Assembly: GCA_963749365.1 (NCBI GenBank)
Contig: CAVVME010000003.1
Location: 718,603 to 782,602, forward strand
Source: an uncultured Solirubrobacterales bacterium
GTDB taxonomy: Bacteria; Actinomycetota; Thermoleophilia; Solirubrobacterales; 70-9
Direction of reading: 5' to 3'
Length of the DNA stretch: 64,000 nucleotides
The notes beneath the pieces were generated by a model. The model did no database searches. It saw only the letters and a program-made list of their open reading frames with translations, and was not told the origin of the DNA. The translations under genes were made by a program, and so were the position numbers. Shown piece after piece: positions 1 through 9,167 of this stretch. The stretch's first letter is position 1, and every line of letters begins with the position of its first letter.

Positions 1-221
1 AGCGCCGCGATGATCGCGGTCGAGTCGCCCACGTTCCGGCCCTCGAGCCCGAGCACGGGGAAGGTCTTCTGGGCGCCGCGGGTGAGCCAGAGCGCGATCG
101 CCATGTGAGCGCCGGGGATCAGGGCGTGCCGTTGGTGCTCGACGCGCTTGTGGGCGAGCGCCCAACGCGCCTTCTCGCTGTAGTGCGAGACGGGTATGTG
201 CCAAAGCACCGGCTCGCTCAT
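1..221 (-). CDS. glutathione S-transferase-like protein, N-terminal thioredoxin-fold part (gene runs off the left edge)
   Basis: Own reverse translation from ATG (complement of 219-221): MSEPVLWHIPVSHYSEKARWALAHKRVEHQRHALIPG...TFPVLGLEGRNVGDSTAIIAA, a GST N-terminal domain pattern. It is absent from the ORF track because it is truncated. ATGA overlap with the stop of the upstream gene. Confidence 0.6.
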   Translation of the reverse strand, partial: MSEPVLWHIPVSHYSEKARWALAHKRVEHQRHALIPGAHMAIALWLTRGAQKTFPVLGLEGRNVGDSTAIIAA

Positions 222-958
222 CCGACTTCGAGCTCCGAGATCCCGAGCGAGACCAGGGTCGGGCCCGCCAGCACCCGATCGCCAGGCCCGCGTGGTCGCA
301 CCCAGCGCCTGGTCGGGAACACCAGCCCACCGGCCTCGACGTGCCCGGCGCACATGTGCGCGGCCCGCGCCCAGCCTCCGACGACCTCGGCGACGTAGTC
401 GTGGCGGCGCAAGAGGCCGCCCTCGTCGAAGTAGAAGACCTGCGCTGGCGAGTGGGTGTCGAGGCCGGGCCGGAAGTCCGCGGCAAGCCGCCGCCAGCGC
501 CCTTCGCCCACGTCCCAGGGCTCGAGCTCGCGTGTGCGCACTTCCTCGCTGGCGAGCAGGTACGGCGTGTTGAGGTAGTTCCAGAGCGCGTAGCCGGCGA
601 AGTAGATGGCGTCGAGCGCGTCCCAGCGCAGGTTGCGGCGCAGGCCGGCGCGACCGAAGAACCACGACCGGGGATCCGACCGCGACTCGATCAGCTCGCC
701 GGCGTCGGTCTCGATCCGCGCCTCGCCGCGATCGAAGACGCCCCGTCGCCCGGGGCTCGGGAACGGCGTCGCGGTGGCGCGCGCCGTCCCGACCTCGGCC
801 TCGATCCTGTAGTCGGCGCGACCCCGGCCGGGAAACCGGGTCCGGACCAGAAGGCCGCCGGAGCGGATCCGGGCGCCGATGCGCTTCGCCGCCGCCCAGC
901 GCTCGCGACCACCGTGGGCCTCGAACACCTGGTCGAGCAAGGCCGCCATCACCGCCAC
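218..958 (-). CDS. conserved hypothetical protein
   Basis: 246-aa ORF with balanced composition (W/Y/F/D/E present) and GC-rich third positions, unlike the R/P/A-rich artefact frames. Its stop overlaps the next start. No family recognised. Confidence 0.55.
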   Translation of the reverse strand: MAVMAALLDQVFEAHGGRERWAAAKRIGARIRSGGLLVRTRFPGRGRADYRIEAEVGTARATATPFPSPGRRGVFDRGEARIETDAGELIESRSDPRSWFFGRAGLRRNLRWDALDAIYFAGYALWNYLNTPYLLASEEVRTRELEPWDVGEGRWRRLAADFRPGLDTHSPAQVFYFDEGGLLRRHDYVAEVVGGWARAAHMCAGHVEAGGLVFPTRRWVRPRGPGDRVLAGPTLVSLGISELEVG

Positions 959-965
959 CCTACGG

Positions 966-2588
966 CTACTGCGCGGCGATCAGCCAGGAGTAGTTCGGCG
1001 TCCCGCCGCGGTGCAGCTCGATCTCGATCCCGTCGGAGAGACCGAGCTCGAGCTCGCCGAGCGGGATCGACGACTCCGCGCCCTCGATCACGGTGACGAT
1101 CTCGGCGCCCTCGGCGAGCCGGGCGACCGTCTCGAGCAGGGTCGAGCCGGCGCCGCCCCAGGCGACCAGCTGATCGCCGGCGAACCCGACCGCATCGCCG
1201 CGACGAAACCTGCCCTCCGAATCGTCGCGGGCCGCGGGCGCCACGGCCCCGACACGGACGCCTGCGAGCGCGGCTTGCAGCCGCTCCCCGTTCGCCGCCG
1301 CGCCCTGGCGGGGATCGAACTCGACCAGTGCCACAAGCCCTGCCTGCTGGGCCTCGCAGTTGACCACGGTGACCGGCTTGGCCGCCAGCCGCGCCGCCTC
1401 ATCGGCGGCCATCAGCACGTCGGCGGAGTTGGGCAACAGGACGACCTCGGCGGCCGGACAGGCGTCGATCCCCTCGAGCAGGTCCTTGGTCGGCGGGTTG
1501 AGGGTCGGGCCGCCGTCGACGGCGAGCGCGCCGAGCTGCTCGTACAGGGACCGCAATCCGTCCCCGCTGGTGACCGCGACGACCGCCGCGATCCCGTCGC
1601 CGAGCCGCGCTCGCTGCCCGGCGACCTGCTCGTGCATGTCAGCGATGTCCTCGCGCTCGACGCGGCCCGCGGCGGCGAACAGCGCCTTCGCCGAATCGGG
1701 GTCGTCGGTGTGTACGTGCACCTTCAGCGTCGCCTCGTCGCCGACGACGAGGACCGAGTCGCCGAGTCGCTCGAGATCGCCGATGAACGCGTCGTGGTCG
1801 AGGCGTTCGCCGATGACGATGAAGTTGGTGCAGAAGCGAAAGCGCGAATCGACGTGATGGACGTCGTCGATCCGCGCCGCCGCGTAGTGCGGGATCTCGG
1901 GCAGGCTGACCGCCTCGCCGGCGAGGCCGGCGACCATGCCGCGGATGATCACGACCAGGCCGAGCGCGCCGGCGTCGACGACACCGGCCTCGGCGAGCAC
2001 GTCGAGCTGCTCGGGCGTGTGGCGGACCGCCTCCTCGCCGACGAACAGCGCCGTCGCCATCATCTCGGCGAGGAGCGCGTTCTGCTCGTCGTCGGTGGCG
2101 TCCGGCTCCAGCCGCAGCCAGTGCGAGCGGCGCTCGCTGACCGCATCGGCCATCGCCCGGATCACGGTCAGCATCGTGCCCTCGGCGGGCTCGCGCACCG
2201 ACGCGTAGGCGGCGTCGCTGGCGTGGCGAAGCGCGACCTCGATCAGTTCGGGGTCGATCAGGCGACCGGGCGGCGTCGCCACCTTCTCGGCCAGGCCGCG
2301 GACGATCTGGCTCAGGATCACGCCCGAGTTGCCGCGCGCGCCCATCAGCGCCGCGCGAGCGACCGCGCGCACGATCTCGGGCCGGGCAGGGTCGCCGTCG
2401 CCCTCGCGCTCGAGCCGATCGAGCTCCTCGAGCACGTAGCGCATCGTCAGCGCCATGTTGTCGCCCGTGTCGCCGTCGGCGACCGGGAACACGTTGAGGT
2501 CGTTGATCTCCTGCCGGCGCGCCTCGAGGTGCGTCAGCGCGACGCCGACGATCTGGCGAAAGCGATGGACGGAGGGGTCGGCAGCCAC
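966..2588 (-). CDS. yloV: DAK2 domain fusion protein YloV
   Basis: 540 aa with the DhaL/DAK2 motif VFPVADGDTGDNM near the N-terminus and a long YloV-type C-terminal half. It lies directly downstream of rpmB, as in many Gram-positives. GTG start. Confidence 0.85.
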   Translation of the reverse strand: MAADPSVHRFRQIVGVALTHLEARRQEINDLNVFPVADGDTGDNMALTMRYVLEELDRLEREGDGDPARPEIVRAVARAALMGARGNSGVILSQIVRGLAEKVATPPGRLIDPELIEVALRHASDAAYASVREPAEGTMLTVIRAMADAVSERRSHWLRLEPDATDDEQNALLAEMMATALFVGEEAVRHTPEQLDVLAEAGVVDAGALGLVVIIRGMVAGLAGEAVSLPEIPHYAAARIDDVHHVDSRFRFCTNFIVIGERLDHDAFIGDLERLGDSVLVVGDEATLKVHVHTDDPDSAKALFAAAGRVEREDIADMHEQVAGQRARLGDGIAAVVAVTSGDGLRSLYEQLGALAVDGGPTLNPPTKDLLEGIDACPAAEVVLLPNSADVLMAADEAARLAAKPVTVVNCEAQQAGLVALVEFDPRQGAAANGERLQAALAGVRVGAVAPAARDDSEGRFRRGDAVGFAGDQLVAWGGAGSTLLETVARLAEGAEIVTVIEGAESSIPLGELELGLSDGIEIELHRGGTPNYSWLIAAQ

Positions 2589-2644
2589 GACGAAGGCAGC
2601 CTACGCAGTGACTCGGCCCGAGAGCGAACCGGCGCCCCCGGACG

Positions 2645-2836
2645 CTATACGTGCTTCTGGACCTTGTTCGACTTCAGGCAGCGGGTGCAGACGTAGACCC
2701 GGCGTGGGCGGCCACCGTCGTCGATCCGCACCTTCTGCAGGTTCGGGTTGAAGCGGCGCCGGGTGGCGACCATCGAGTGGCTGCGCGAGTTGCCGAACGA
2801 GGGACCCTTGCCGCAGCTGTGGCAGACCTTGGCCAT
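2645..2836 (-). CDS. rpmB: 50S ribosomal protein L28
   Basis: Trimmed from the 148-aa ORF to the internal ATG (complement of 2834-2836). MAKVCHSCGKGPSFGNSRSHSMVATRRRFNPNLQKVR..., 63 aa, a textbook L28. Confidence 0.92.
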   Translation of the reverse strand: MAKVCHSCGKGPSFGNSRSHSMVATRRRFNPNLQKVRIDDGGRPRRVYVCTRCLKSNKVQKHV

Positions 2837-2856
2837 CGGACGCAGGATGGTAGCGC

Positions 2857-3303
2857 TCAGAAGCTCGAGCGAAGCTCGGCCATCCGGAGCACCGCGAGCG
2901 CCGCGTTGCGACCCTGATCGCGCTTGTCGCCGCCCGCGCGCGCCTCGGCCTGCTCCCGGGTATCGCTGGTGATCAGGCCGAATGCGCACGGCACGCCCGT
3001 CCGCAGCGCGACGTCCTGGATCCCACGCGCGGCCTCGGCGCAGACGAGGTCGTAGTGATCGGTCTCGCCGCGGATCACGACCCCGAGGCATGCGACCCCG
3101 CCGAAGCGCCCCGACTCCGCGCAGAGCTTCGCCGCCAACGGCAGCTCGAAGGCGCCCGGCACCTCGTAGGTGTGCAGCGAGGCGGCGCTGACACCGTGCT
3201 CGTCGAACGCCTCGGTGGCGCCGTTGACGAGTCGGGTGGCGAGATCCTCATAGAAGGTCGCGACGCAGATCGCGAACTCAGTCACCGCCACCTCTACGGT
3301 CAC
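2857..3303 (-). CDS. ribH: 6,7-dimethyl-8-ribityllumazine synthase
   Basis: 148 aa with [12 protein letters not shown] and [10 protein letters not shown] motifs; last gene of the rib operon. The start could instead be the GTG at 3285, giving a smaller overlap with ribBA. Confidence 0.9.
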   Translation of the reverse strand: MTVEVAVTEFAICVATFYEDLATRLVNGATEAFDEHGVSAASLHTYEVPGAFELPLAAKLCAESGRFGGVACLGVVIRGETDHYDLVCAEAARGIQDVALRTGVPCAFGLITSDTREQAEARAGGDKRDQGRNAALAVLRMAELRSSF

Positions 3304-4579
3304 CCGCGTCCTGCTCGTGCTCGGCGTGCAGCAGCTCCTCGTCGAGGGGGAGGCCCTGATGGTGGAGCACGTGGCCGAGCTTGTCGCGCTTGGCGTTCAG
3401 GTACTCCTCGTTGTGCGGGTTGGGCACCGACTGGATCGGCACCTGCTCGGCGACTGAGAGGCCGTAGCCCTCGAGCCCGTGGATCTTCTTCGGGTTGTTG
3501 GTCAGGATCCGGATCCGGCTCAGGCCCAGGTCGACCAGGATCTGCGCCCCGATCCCGTAATCGCGCAGGTCGGCCGGCAGGCCGAGCTTCAGGTTCGCGT
3601 CGACCGTGTCGAGTCCCTCCTCCTGGAGCTTGTAGGCGCGCAGCTTGTTCAGCAACCCGATCCCGCGCCCTTCCTGGGAGAGGTAGAGCAGCACGCCGGT
3701 GCCCTCGCGTTCGATCATCGCCATCGCCGCCTCGAGCTGCTCGCCGCAGTCGCAGCGCAGCGAGTGAAAGACGTCGCCGGTCAAGCACTCCGAGTGGACG
3801 CGGACCAGCACCGCGTCGGCGCTCGCGACGTCCCCCTTGACCATCGCGACGTGGTGCTTCTCGTCCAGCAGTGAGCGGTAGCCGACCGCGGTGAACTCGC
3901 CGAACGCGGTCGGCAGCTTGGTCGCCACGACGCGCTCGACCAGGCGCTCGGTGCGACGCCGGTAGGCGATCAGGTCGGCGACCGTGATCATCTTCAGCTG
4001 ATGGCGCTCGCAGTAGCCGACCAGGTCGGGCACCCGGGCCATCGTCCCGTCGTCGTTCATGATCTCGCAGATCACCCCTGCCGGATTGAGCCCGGCGAGG
4101 CGGGCGAGGTCGACCGCCGCCTCGGTTTGCCCGGCACGCTCGAGCACGCCGCCGTCCTTGGCCTTGAGCGGGAACACGTGCCCTGGCTGGACCAGGTCCC
4201 CTGGGACCGCGCCGTGGTCGATCGCGACCTGGATCGTGTGCGCGCGGTCGGCGGCCGAGATTCCGGTCGTCACCCCGTGGCGCGCCTCGACCGAGACCGT
4301 GAACGCGGTCTGCAGCGGCGCCTCGTTCTTGGCCGCCATCAGGTTGAGGTCGAGCTCGTCGCAGCGCTCGGGGCTGAGCGCGAGGCAGATCAATCCCCGC
4401 CCCTCCTTGGCCATGAAGTTGATCGCCTCGGGGGTGGCGAACTGTGCCGCGAGGGTCAGGTCGCCCTCGTTCTCGCGGTTCTCGTCATCGCAGACAACGA
4501 CCATCCGGCCACGACGGATCTCGTCGATCGCTTCCTCGATGGTTGCGAACTGGGTCTGGGTGGCGGTCTGCTCGGACAT
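3278..4579 (-). CDS. ribBA: bifunctional 3,4-dihydroxy-2-butanone-4-phosphate synthase / GTP cyclohydrolase II
   Basis: 433 aa. DHBP synthase half ([16 protein letters not shown]) and GCH II half ([24 protein letters not shown]). Confidence 0.93.
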   Translation of the reverse strand: MSEQTATQTQFATIEEAIDEIRRGRMVVVCDDENRENEGDLTLAAQFATPEAINFMAKEGRGLICLALSPERCDELDLNLMAAKNEAPLQTAFTVSVEARHGVTTGISAADRAHTIQVAIDHGAVPGDLVQPGHVFPLKAKDGGVLERAGQTEAAVDLARLAGLNPAGVICEIMNDDGTMARVPDLVGYCERHQLKMITVADLIAYRRRTERLVERVVATKLPTAFGEFTAVGYRSLLDEKHHVAMVKGDVASADAVLVRVHSECLTGDVFHSLRCDCGEQLEAAMAMIEREGTGVLLYLSQEGRGIGLLNKLRAYKLQEEGLDTVDANLKLGLPADLRDYGIGAQILVDLGLSRIRILTNNPKKIHGLEGYGLSVAEQVPIQSVPNPHNEEYLNAKRDKLGHVLHHQGLPLDEELLHAEHEQDAGDRRGGGD

Positions 4580-4582
4580 CGG

Positions 4583-5185
4583 CTAGCTGCTCCCTTCCGG
4601 GTTGAAGCGTAGAAGGCGCTCGACGTAGCGGGCGACGAGGTCGAGCTCGACATTGACCAGGTCGCCCTCGCCGACCCGGCCGAGGGTGGTGCGGGCGAGC
4701 GTTTCGGGAACCAGCGAGACCTCGATCTCGCCGTCGCCGAGCCCCGCGACCGTGAGGCTGACCCCGGCCAGGGTCACCGACCCGTGCTCGACCGCGTAGC
4801 GATCGAGCCCGTCTCCGAGCCGCACCCTGAGCCTGGTCGCGATCCCGTCCTCGGTCACCGCGGCTACCTCGCCGAGCCCGTCGACGTGTCCCTGCACGAG
4901 ATGGCCGCCCAGCGGCTGGCCCGCGCGCAGCGCCGGCTCGAGGTTGACCCGGTCCCCGGCGGCGAGGCTGCCGAGCGTGGTCAGGCCAAGGGTCTGGTTC
5001 ATCACGTCGGCCTCGAACGCCTCGCCGTCGACCGCGGCGGCGGTCAGGCAGGCGCCCTCGACCGCGACCGAGTCACCCTCGGAGAGCCGGCCGGCGAGCC
5101 GGGCGCGGATGCGCAGCCGTGCGCCGGCGCCGGTGCGCTCCGCGCTCTCGACCGTTCCGAGCTCGTTGACGATTCCGGTGAACAT
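4583..5185 (-). CDS. ribE: riboflavin synthase alpha chain
   Basis: 200 aa. MFTGIVNELGTV N-terminus and the duplicated lumazine-binding halves (GDRVNLE / GDLVNVE). Confidence 0.9.
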   Translation of the reverse strand: MFTGIVNELGTVESAERTGAGARLRIRARLAGRLSEGDSVAVEGACLTAAAVDGEAFEADVMNQTLGLTTLGSLAAGDRVNLEPALRAGQPLGGHLVQGHVDGLGEVAAVTEDGIATRLRVRLGDGLDRYAVEHGSVTLAGVSLTVAGLGDGEIEVSLVPETLARTTLGRVGEGDLVNVELDLVARYVERLLRFNPEGSS

Positions 5186-5192
5186 CGATTCC

Positions 5193-6320
5193 TCACCACT
5201 CCCGCAGGCGGGCGCGAAGGAGGATGTCGTCCCCGCAACGCTCCCACTCGCTTGCCAGCGGGCGCTGGGCGCCGGTGACCGTCTCAGCGCCGCCCCCGGC
5301 GAGCAGCGGCCGGCCGGCGCCGAGCAGCAGCGGGGCGATGAACAGGCGCAGCTCGTCGAGCTCGCCGGCGTCGCGGAACGAGCCGGCGAGGCCCGCGCCG
5401 CCCTCGAGCAGCAGCGAGGCGATCTCGCGGCGACCGAGCTCGTCGAGCGCCGCCCGCACCCGTTCGGCCGCCCCTCCGCCGACCTCGATCACCTCGGCGC
5501 CGGCCTTGCGCAGCGCCTCGACGCGGTCGCCGGGCGCACCCGACGCCGCGATCACGAAGACCGGCGCCTGGTCCAGCGAGCCGAGCAGCCGCGAGTCCAG
5601 GGGCAGCCTCGCGCTCGAATCGAAGACCACCCGAGCCGGCTGGCGAGCCGTCGCCGGCTCGGTGTCCCGGGCCGTAAGCAGCGGGTCGTCGGCGAGCGCG
5701 GTGCCGATCCCGACCGCAACCGCGTCGGCCTCGGCGCGCCATGCGTGGACCAGGGCACGGCTCGATGCGCCCGAGATCCATTTCGACTCGCCCGACTCGG
5801 TGGCGGTGAAGCCGTCGACGCTGAGCGCCGACTTCAGGCACACCAGTGGCCTGCCGGTGCGCGCGTGCTTGCGAAACGGCTGCACCAGCAGTCGGGCGGC
5901 GGCCGCCTCGCCCCCGTCGACGAACGAAACCTCGACCCCGCCGTCGCGCAGCATTCCCGGGCCACGCCCCGAGGCCTTCTCGCTCGGGTCGTCGCAGCCG
6001 ATCACCACCCGCGCGATCCCAGCGGCGAGCACGACGTCGACGCAGGGGGGCTGCCGGCCATGGTGGGCGCACGGCTCGAGCGAGACGTAGAGGGTCGCTC
6101 CGGCCGGATCGTTGCCGCGCTCGGCGGCGTCGCGCAGCGCGGCGACCTCGGCGTGCAGCCCGCCGAGCTCGGCGTGATGGCCCGTCCCGAGCAACTCGCC
6201 GTCACGCACGATCACGGCTCCGACGAGCGGGTTCGGGCTCACCTTGCCGCGTCCGCCCTCGGCGAGCTCGAGGGCGTGCCGGAGGTGGATTCGATCTTCG
6301 GTCGTGGTCGCGGAACCCAT
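5193..6320 (-). CDS. ribD: bifunctional diaminohydroxyphosphoribosylaminopyrimidine deaminase / 5-amino-6-(5-phosphoribosylamino)uracil reductase
   Basis: ORF trimmed to the internal ATG (complement of 6318-6320; MGSATTTEDRIHLRHALELA...). Deaminase zinc motifs HAEV and LEPCAHHGRQPPC, followed by the reductase half. Confidence 0.9.
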   Translation of the reverse strand: MGSATTTEDRIHLRHALELAEGGRGKVSPNPLVGAVIVRDGELLGTGHHAELGGLHAEVAALRDAAERGNDPAGATLYVSLEPCAHHGRQPPCVDVVLAAGIARVVIGCDDPSEKASGRGPGMLRDGGVEVSFVDGGEAAAARLLVQPFRKHARTGRPLVCLKSALSVDGFTATESGESKWISGASSRALVHAWRAEADAVAVGIGTALADDPLLTARDTEPATARQPARVVFDSSARLPLDSRLLGSLDQAPVFVIAASGAPGDRVEALRKAGAEVIEVGGGAAERVRAALDELGRREIASLLLEGGAGLAGSFRDAGELDELRLFIAPLLLGAGRPLLAGGGAETVTGAQRPLASEWERCGDDILLRARLREW

Positions 6321-6356
6321 ACCGATTGACTCGTCAGTCAACAACCCGAGTGTACC

Positions 6357-8177
6357 TTGTCGCAGATCGGCGACCACGAGCTGATCCTGATCGGCGGCCT
6401 GCTGCTCGCGGCCGGCATCGCGGCTGCGAAGGTGGCCGACCGGGTCCGGGTGCCCGGGCTCCTGCTCTTCCTCGGCCTCGGGATGCTGGCCGGCTCGGAT
6501 GGAATCGGCGGGGTCGAGTTCAACGACGCCGAGCTGACCCGAACGCTGGGCACGATCGGCCTGGTCCTGATCCTCTTCGAGGGCGGTCTCAGCGCCGGCT
6601 GGAGCGCGATCCGGCCGGTGATCGGCACCGCCGTCTCGCTGGCCACCGCGGGCACTGTGATCACCGCCCTGATCACCGGCCTGGCCGCGATCCTGCTCTT
6701 CGACCTCGGCACGCTCGAGGGCCTGATCATCGGCTCCGCCGTGGCCGCGACCGACAGCGCCGCGATCTTCGCCGTCCTGCGTGGATCGCGGCTTCGCCGC
6801 CGGCTGGCGAGCGCGCTCGAGGGGGAGTCGGGGATGAACGACCCGGTCGCGCTGCTGCTGGTGACCGGGTTCATCGACTGGATCGAGCTGCCCGACTACG
6901 GCGCGCTCGACATGGCCGCCGCCCTGGTCGCGAAGCTGGCGCTCGGGCTCGCGACCGGATTGCTGATCGGGCTCGCCGCCCGCTGGGCCGTACGGAACCT
7001 CGACTTTCCGACCACCGGGCTCTACCCGGTCGCCTCGATCGCCACCGCCGCGCTCGCCTACGGCGTCCCGGAGCTGCTACATGGGTCCGGCTTCCTCTCG
7101 GTCTACATCGCGGCGCTCGTGCTCGGCACCGGCTGGCTGCCGGCGAAGCGAACCACGATCGCCTTTCACCAGGGCCTCGCATGGGTCTCGCAGATCTCGC
7201 TCTTCTTCCTCCTCGGCCTGCTCGTCTTCCCGAGCCAGCTGCTCGACGTCGCCGCGGAGGGCCTGCTGCTCTCCGCAGCGCTGATGTTCGTCGCCCGTCC
7301 CTTGGCGGCGGTCGTCTGCAGCGCCTTCGGCCCGTTCGAGATCCGCGAGCGGCTGATGCTCGGGTGGGCCGGGTTGCGCGGCGCGATCCCGATCTGGCTC
7401 GCGACCTTCCCGGTGATCGCGGGGGTCGCAGGCAACGAGCTGATCTTCAACTCGGTCTTCTTCGTCGTCGTCACCTCGACCCTGATCCAGGGGGCGAGCT
7501 TCGAGGCGCTCGCGCAGCGGCTTGGCGTCACCGCCGACGAGCCGGCGTTGCCCGAGCCGGTGATCGAGACCGGGATGATCCGCCAGCTCGGGGCCGAATC
7601 GCTTGTCTGGCGAGTCCGCGAGGGCGACGCGGCGGTCGGACGCCCGATCAAGGACCTCGGGCTGCCGCGTGAGGCGCTGGTCAACCTCCTGGTCCGAGAC
7701 GCGGGGGCGATCCCGCCCCGCGGCTCGACCGAGATCGAGGCCGGTGACGAGCTGCACGTCGTCGTCCGGCTCGAGCAGCTGGCCGAGTTCGAGCAGATCA
7801 CCGAGCGCTGGCGAAGCGGCCCGCTCGGCGATCCACCGGTCCCCGCCTTGCCGCCGCGCGGCACGCCGCAGGTGTTCTCGGTCCGCCGCTGGCGCGAGAC
7901 CGACGGCGACCCCGGCCACCCCGAGACGATCGAGGGGATCCAGGTCCTCGCCCGCCTGCGGGTGAGGCGCGACGGCGCCGGCGCGCTCGCCCTGCTCGCC
8001 GACGGCCGCTACGCGCTCAGCTCACCCGAGCTGCTCGCGATCGGGGGGCGCCACCAGCTCGCGCTGTGGACGGCACGGCGGCTGCGGGCACCGGGGCTGT
8101 CCGGCGCGGAGGTCGCCTGGTGGCAGGAGGTCGCCGGCGTGATCGCCGCCCCTCCCCCGCGCCCCGCCCCGCGCTGA
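6357..8177 (+). CDS. K+/H+ (cation:proton) antiporter, CPA1 NhaP2/CvrA type, with TrkA-C-like domain and an extra C-terminal extension
   Basis: 606 aa, TTG start. About 390 aa of multi-TM Na_H_exchanger-like sequence, then a TrkA-C-like segment (VWRVREGDAAVGRPIKDLGLPREALVNLLVRD...EAGDELHVVV), then about 110 further residues of unknown type. Confidence 0.85.
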   Translation: MSQIGDHELILIGGLLLAAGIAAAKVADRVRVPGLLLFLGLGMLAGSDGIGGVEFNDAELTRTLGTIGLVLILFEGGLSAGWSAIRPVIGTAVSLATAGTVITALITGLAAILLFDLGTLEGLIIGSAVAATDSAAIFAVLRGSRLRRRLASALEGESGMNDPVALLLVTGFIDWIELPDYGALDMAAALVAKLALGLATGLLIGLAARWAVRNLDFPTTGLYPVASIATAALAYGVPELLHGSGFLSVYIAALVLGTGWLPAKRTTIAFHQGLAWVSQISLFFLLGLLVFPSQLLDVAAEGLLLSAALMFVARPLAAVVCSAFGPFEIRERLMLGWAGLRGAIPIWLATFPVIAGVAGNELIFNSVFFVVVTSTLIQGASFEALAQRLGVTADEPALPEPVIETGMIRQLGAESLVWRVREGDAAVGRPIKDLGLPREALVNLLVRDAGAIPPRGSTEIEAGDELHVVVRLEQLAEFEQITERWRSGPLGDPPVPALPPRGTPQVFSVRRWRETDGDPGHPETIEGIQVLARLRVRRDGAGALALLADGRYALSSPELLAIGGRHQLALWTARRLRAPGLSGAEVAWWQEVAGVIAAPPPRPAPR

Positions 8178-8241
8178 GCGGAGCCTTGCGACGGGATGCG
8201 GGACGGAAACGTCCGCTCGGCGCGCCGGGCGGACCTCCGGC

Positions 8242-8934
8242 TCAGGTGTCGGCACCGGCGGCGGCGGCGATCCGGCGGTAGGCGTCCGCCGGGTCGGCGG
8301 TGCTGAAGATCGCTGAGCCGGCGACGAACAGCGACGCGCCCGCGTCGGCGGCGGAGGCGGCGGTTCGCTCGTCGATGCCACCGTCGACCTCGATCACGGT
8401 CCCCGGCAACCGCTCCCGCAACCGTGCCACCTTCGCCGGTGAGCCGGCGATGAAGCGTTGTCCGCCCCAGCCCGGGTTGACGGTCATGCAGAGCACGTGG
8501 TCGGCGGCTTCCTCGAGCTCGGAGACCGCGTCGACCGGGGTGGCCGGGTTGAGCGCGATCCCCGCCAGAGAGCCGGTCTCGCGGATCGCCGCCAGGGTCC
8601 GGTTCGCGTGCGGGTCGGCCTCGACATGGAAGCTGATGCAGTCGGCGCCGGCGCCGGCGAAGTCGGCGATCTGCTGCGCCGGTCGCTCGATCATCAGGTG
8701 CACGTCGAGAACCCCGCCGGCGTCGTGGACCTGGTCGGCGATCGAGGCCGCGATCAGCGGCCCGATCGTGATCGGGGGGACGAAGTGCCCGTCCATGACG
8801 TCGACGTGGATCACCCTCGCGCCGGCCGCCATCACCTCCTCCACCTGGGCCCCGAGGCGGGCGAAATCGGCGGCGAGTATCGAGGGCGCGACCCGCCGCC
8901 CCGAGAACGCCTCGGCTCGCGAACCGCTGCTCAT
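8242..8934 (-). CDS. rpe: ribulose-phosphate 3-epimerase
   Basis: The 451-aa ORF was trimmed to the internal ATG (complement of 8932-8934). APSILAADFARLG...HVDVMDGHFVPPIT...MTVNPGWGGQ motifs; 230 aa. Confidence 0.92.
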   Translation of the reverse strand: MSSGSRAEAFSGRRVAPSILAADFARLGAQVEEVMAAGARVIHVDVMDGHFVPPITIGPLIAASIADQVHDAGGVLDVHLMIERPAQQIADFAGAGADCISFHVEADPHANRTLAAIRETGSLAGIALNPATPVDAVSELEEAADHVLCMTVNPGWGGQRFIAGSPAKVARLRERLPGTVIEVDGGIDERTAASAADAGASLFVAGSAIFSTADPADAYRRIAAAAGADT

Positions 8935-9167
8935 ACCGGGGTCAGCATCGAGTGCCCGCATTGTTGGCAGATCAGGTCCTGCTCGTCGGTCATCCGGACC
9001 ATCGTCTGATGCTCGCCGCAGTCCGGACAGGCCGAGACGAGCTCGTAGCGGGAGAGGCAGTAGACGCAGCGGTAACGGCCCGGGAGCTGGGTCGGGCGCA
9101 GCCACGGCTCCCCGCAGCCGGGGCAGATCGGCCGGCGCAGCGCGGGTGCGGGCGGATCGGCGGCCAT
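8931..9167 (-). CDS. small double zinc-ribbon protein (four CxxC pairs), function unknown
   Basis: 78-aa tail of the 8931..10055 ORF starting at ATG (complement of 9165-9167): MAADPPAPALRRPICPGCGEPW...YRCVYCLSRYELVSACPDCGEHQ...LICQQCGHSMLTPV. ATGA overlaps at both ends (rsmB stop and rpe start). GC-rich third positions. Confidence 0.55.
   Translation of the reverse strand: MAADPPAPALRRPICPGCGEPWLRPTQLPGRYRCVYCLSRYELVSACPDCGEHQTMVRMTDEQDLICQQCGHSMLTPV

Noticed and set aside
879-2696. Long ORFs antisense to or out of frame with recognisable genes. Examples: 879..2696(+), 5846..7672(+), 10489..12957(+), 17710..19434(-), 19526..21889(+), 30975..33362(-), 33301..35205(+) upstream part, 54689..55996(-), 58554..60503(-), 60342..62489(+).
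   Set aside because: Their translations are dominated by R/P/A/G/S runs with no motifs. Each overlaps a gene with clear family signatures in another frame or on the other strand. Stop codons are rare in all frames of DNA this GC-rich, so these are expected artefacts.
6321-6356. FMN riboswitch upstream of the rib operon (ribD).
   Set aside because: Only 36 nt separate the ribD start from the divergent antiporter start, which is far too short for an FMN aptamer. No FMN-element-like conserved strings were seen in the adjacent sequence.
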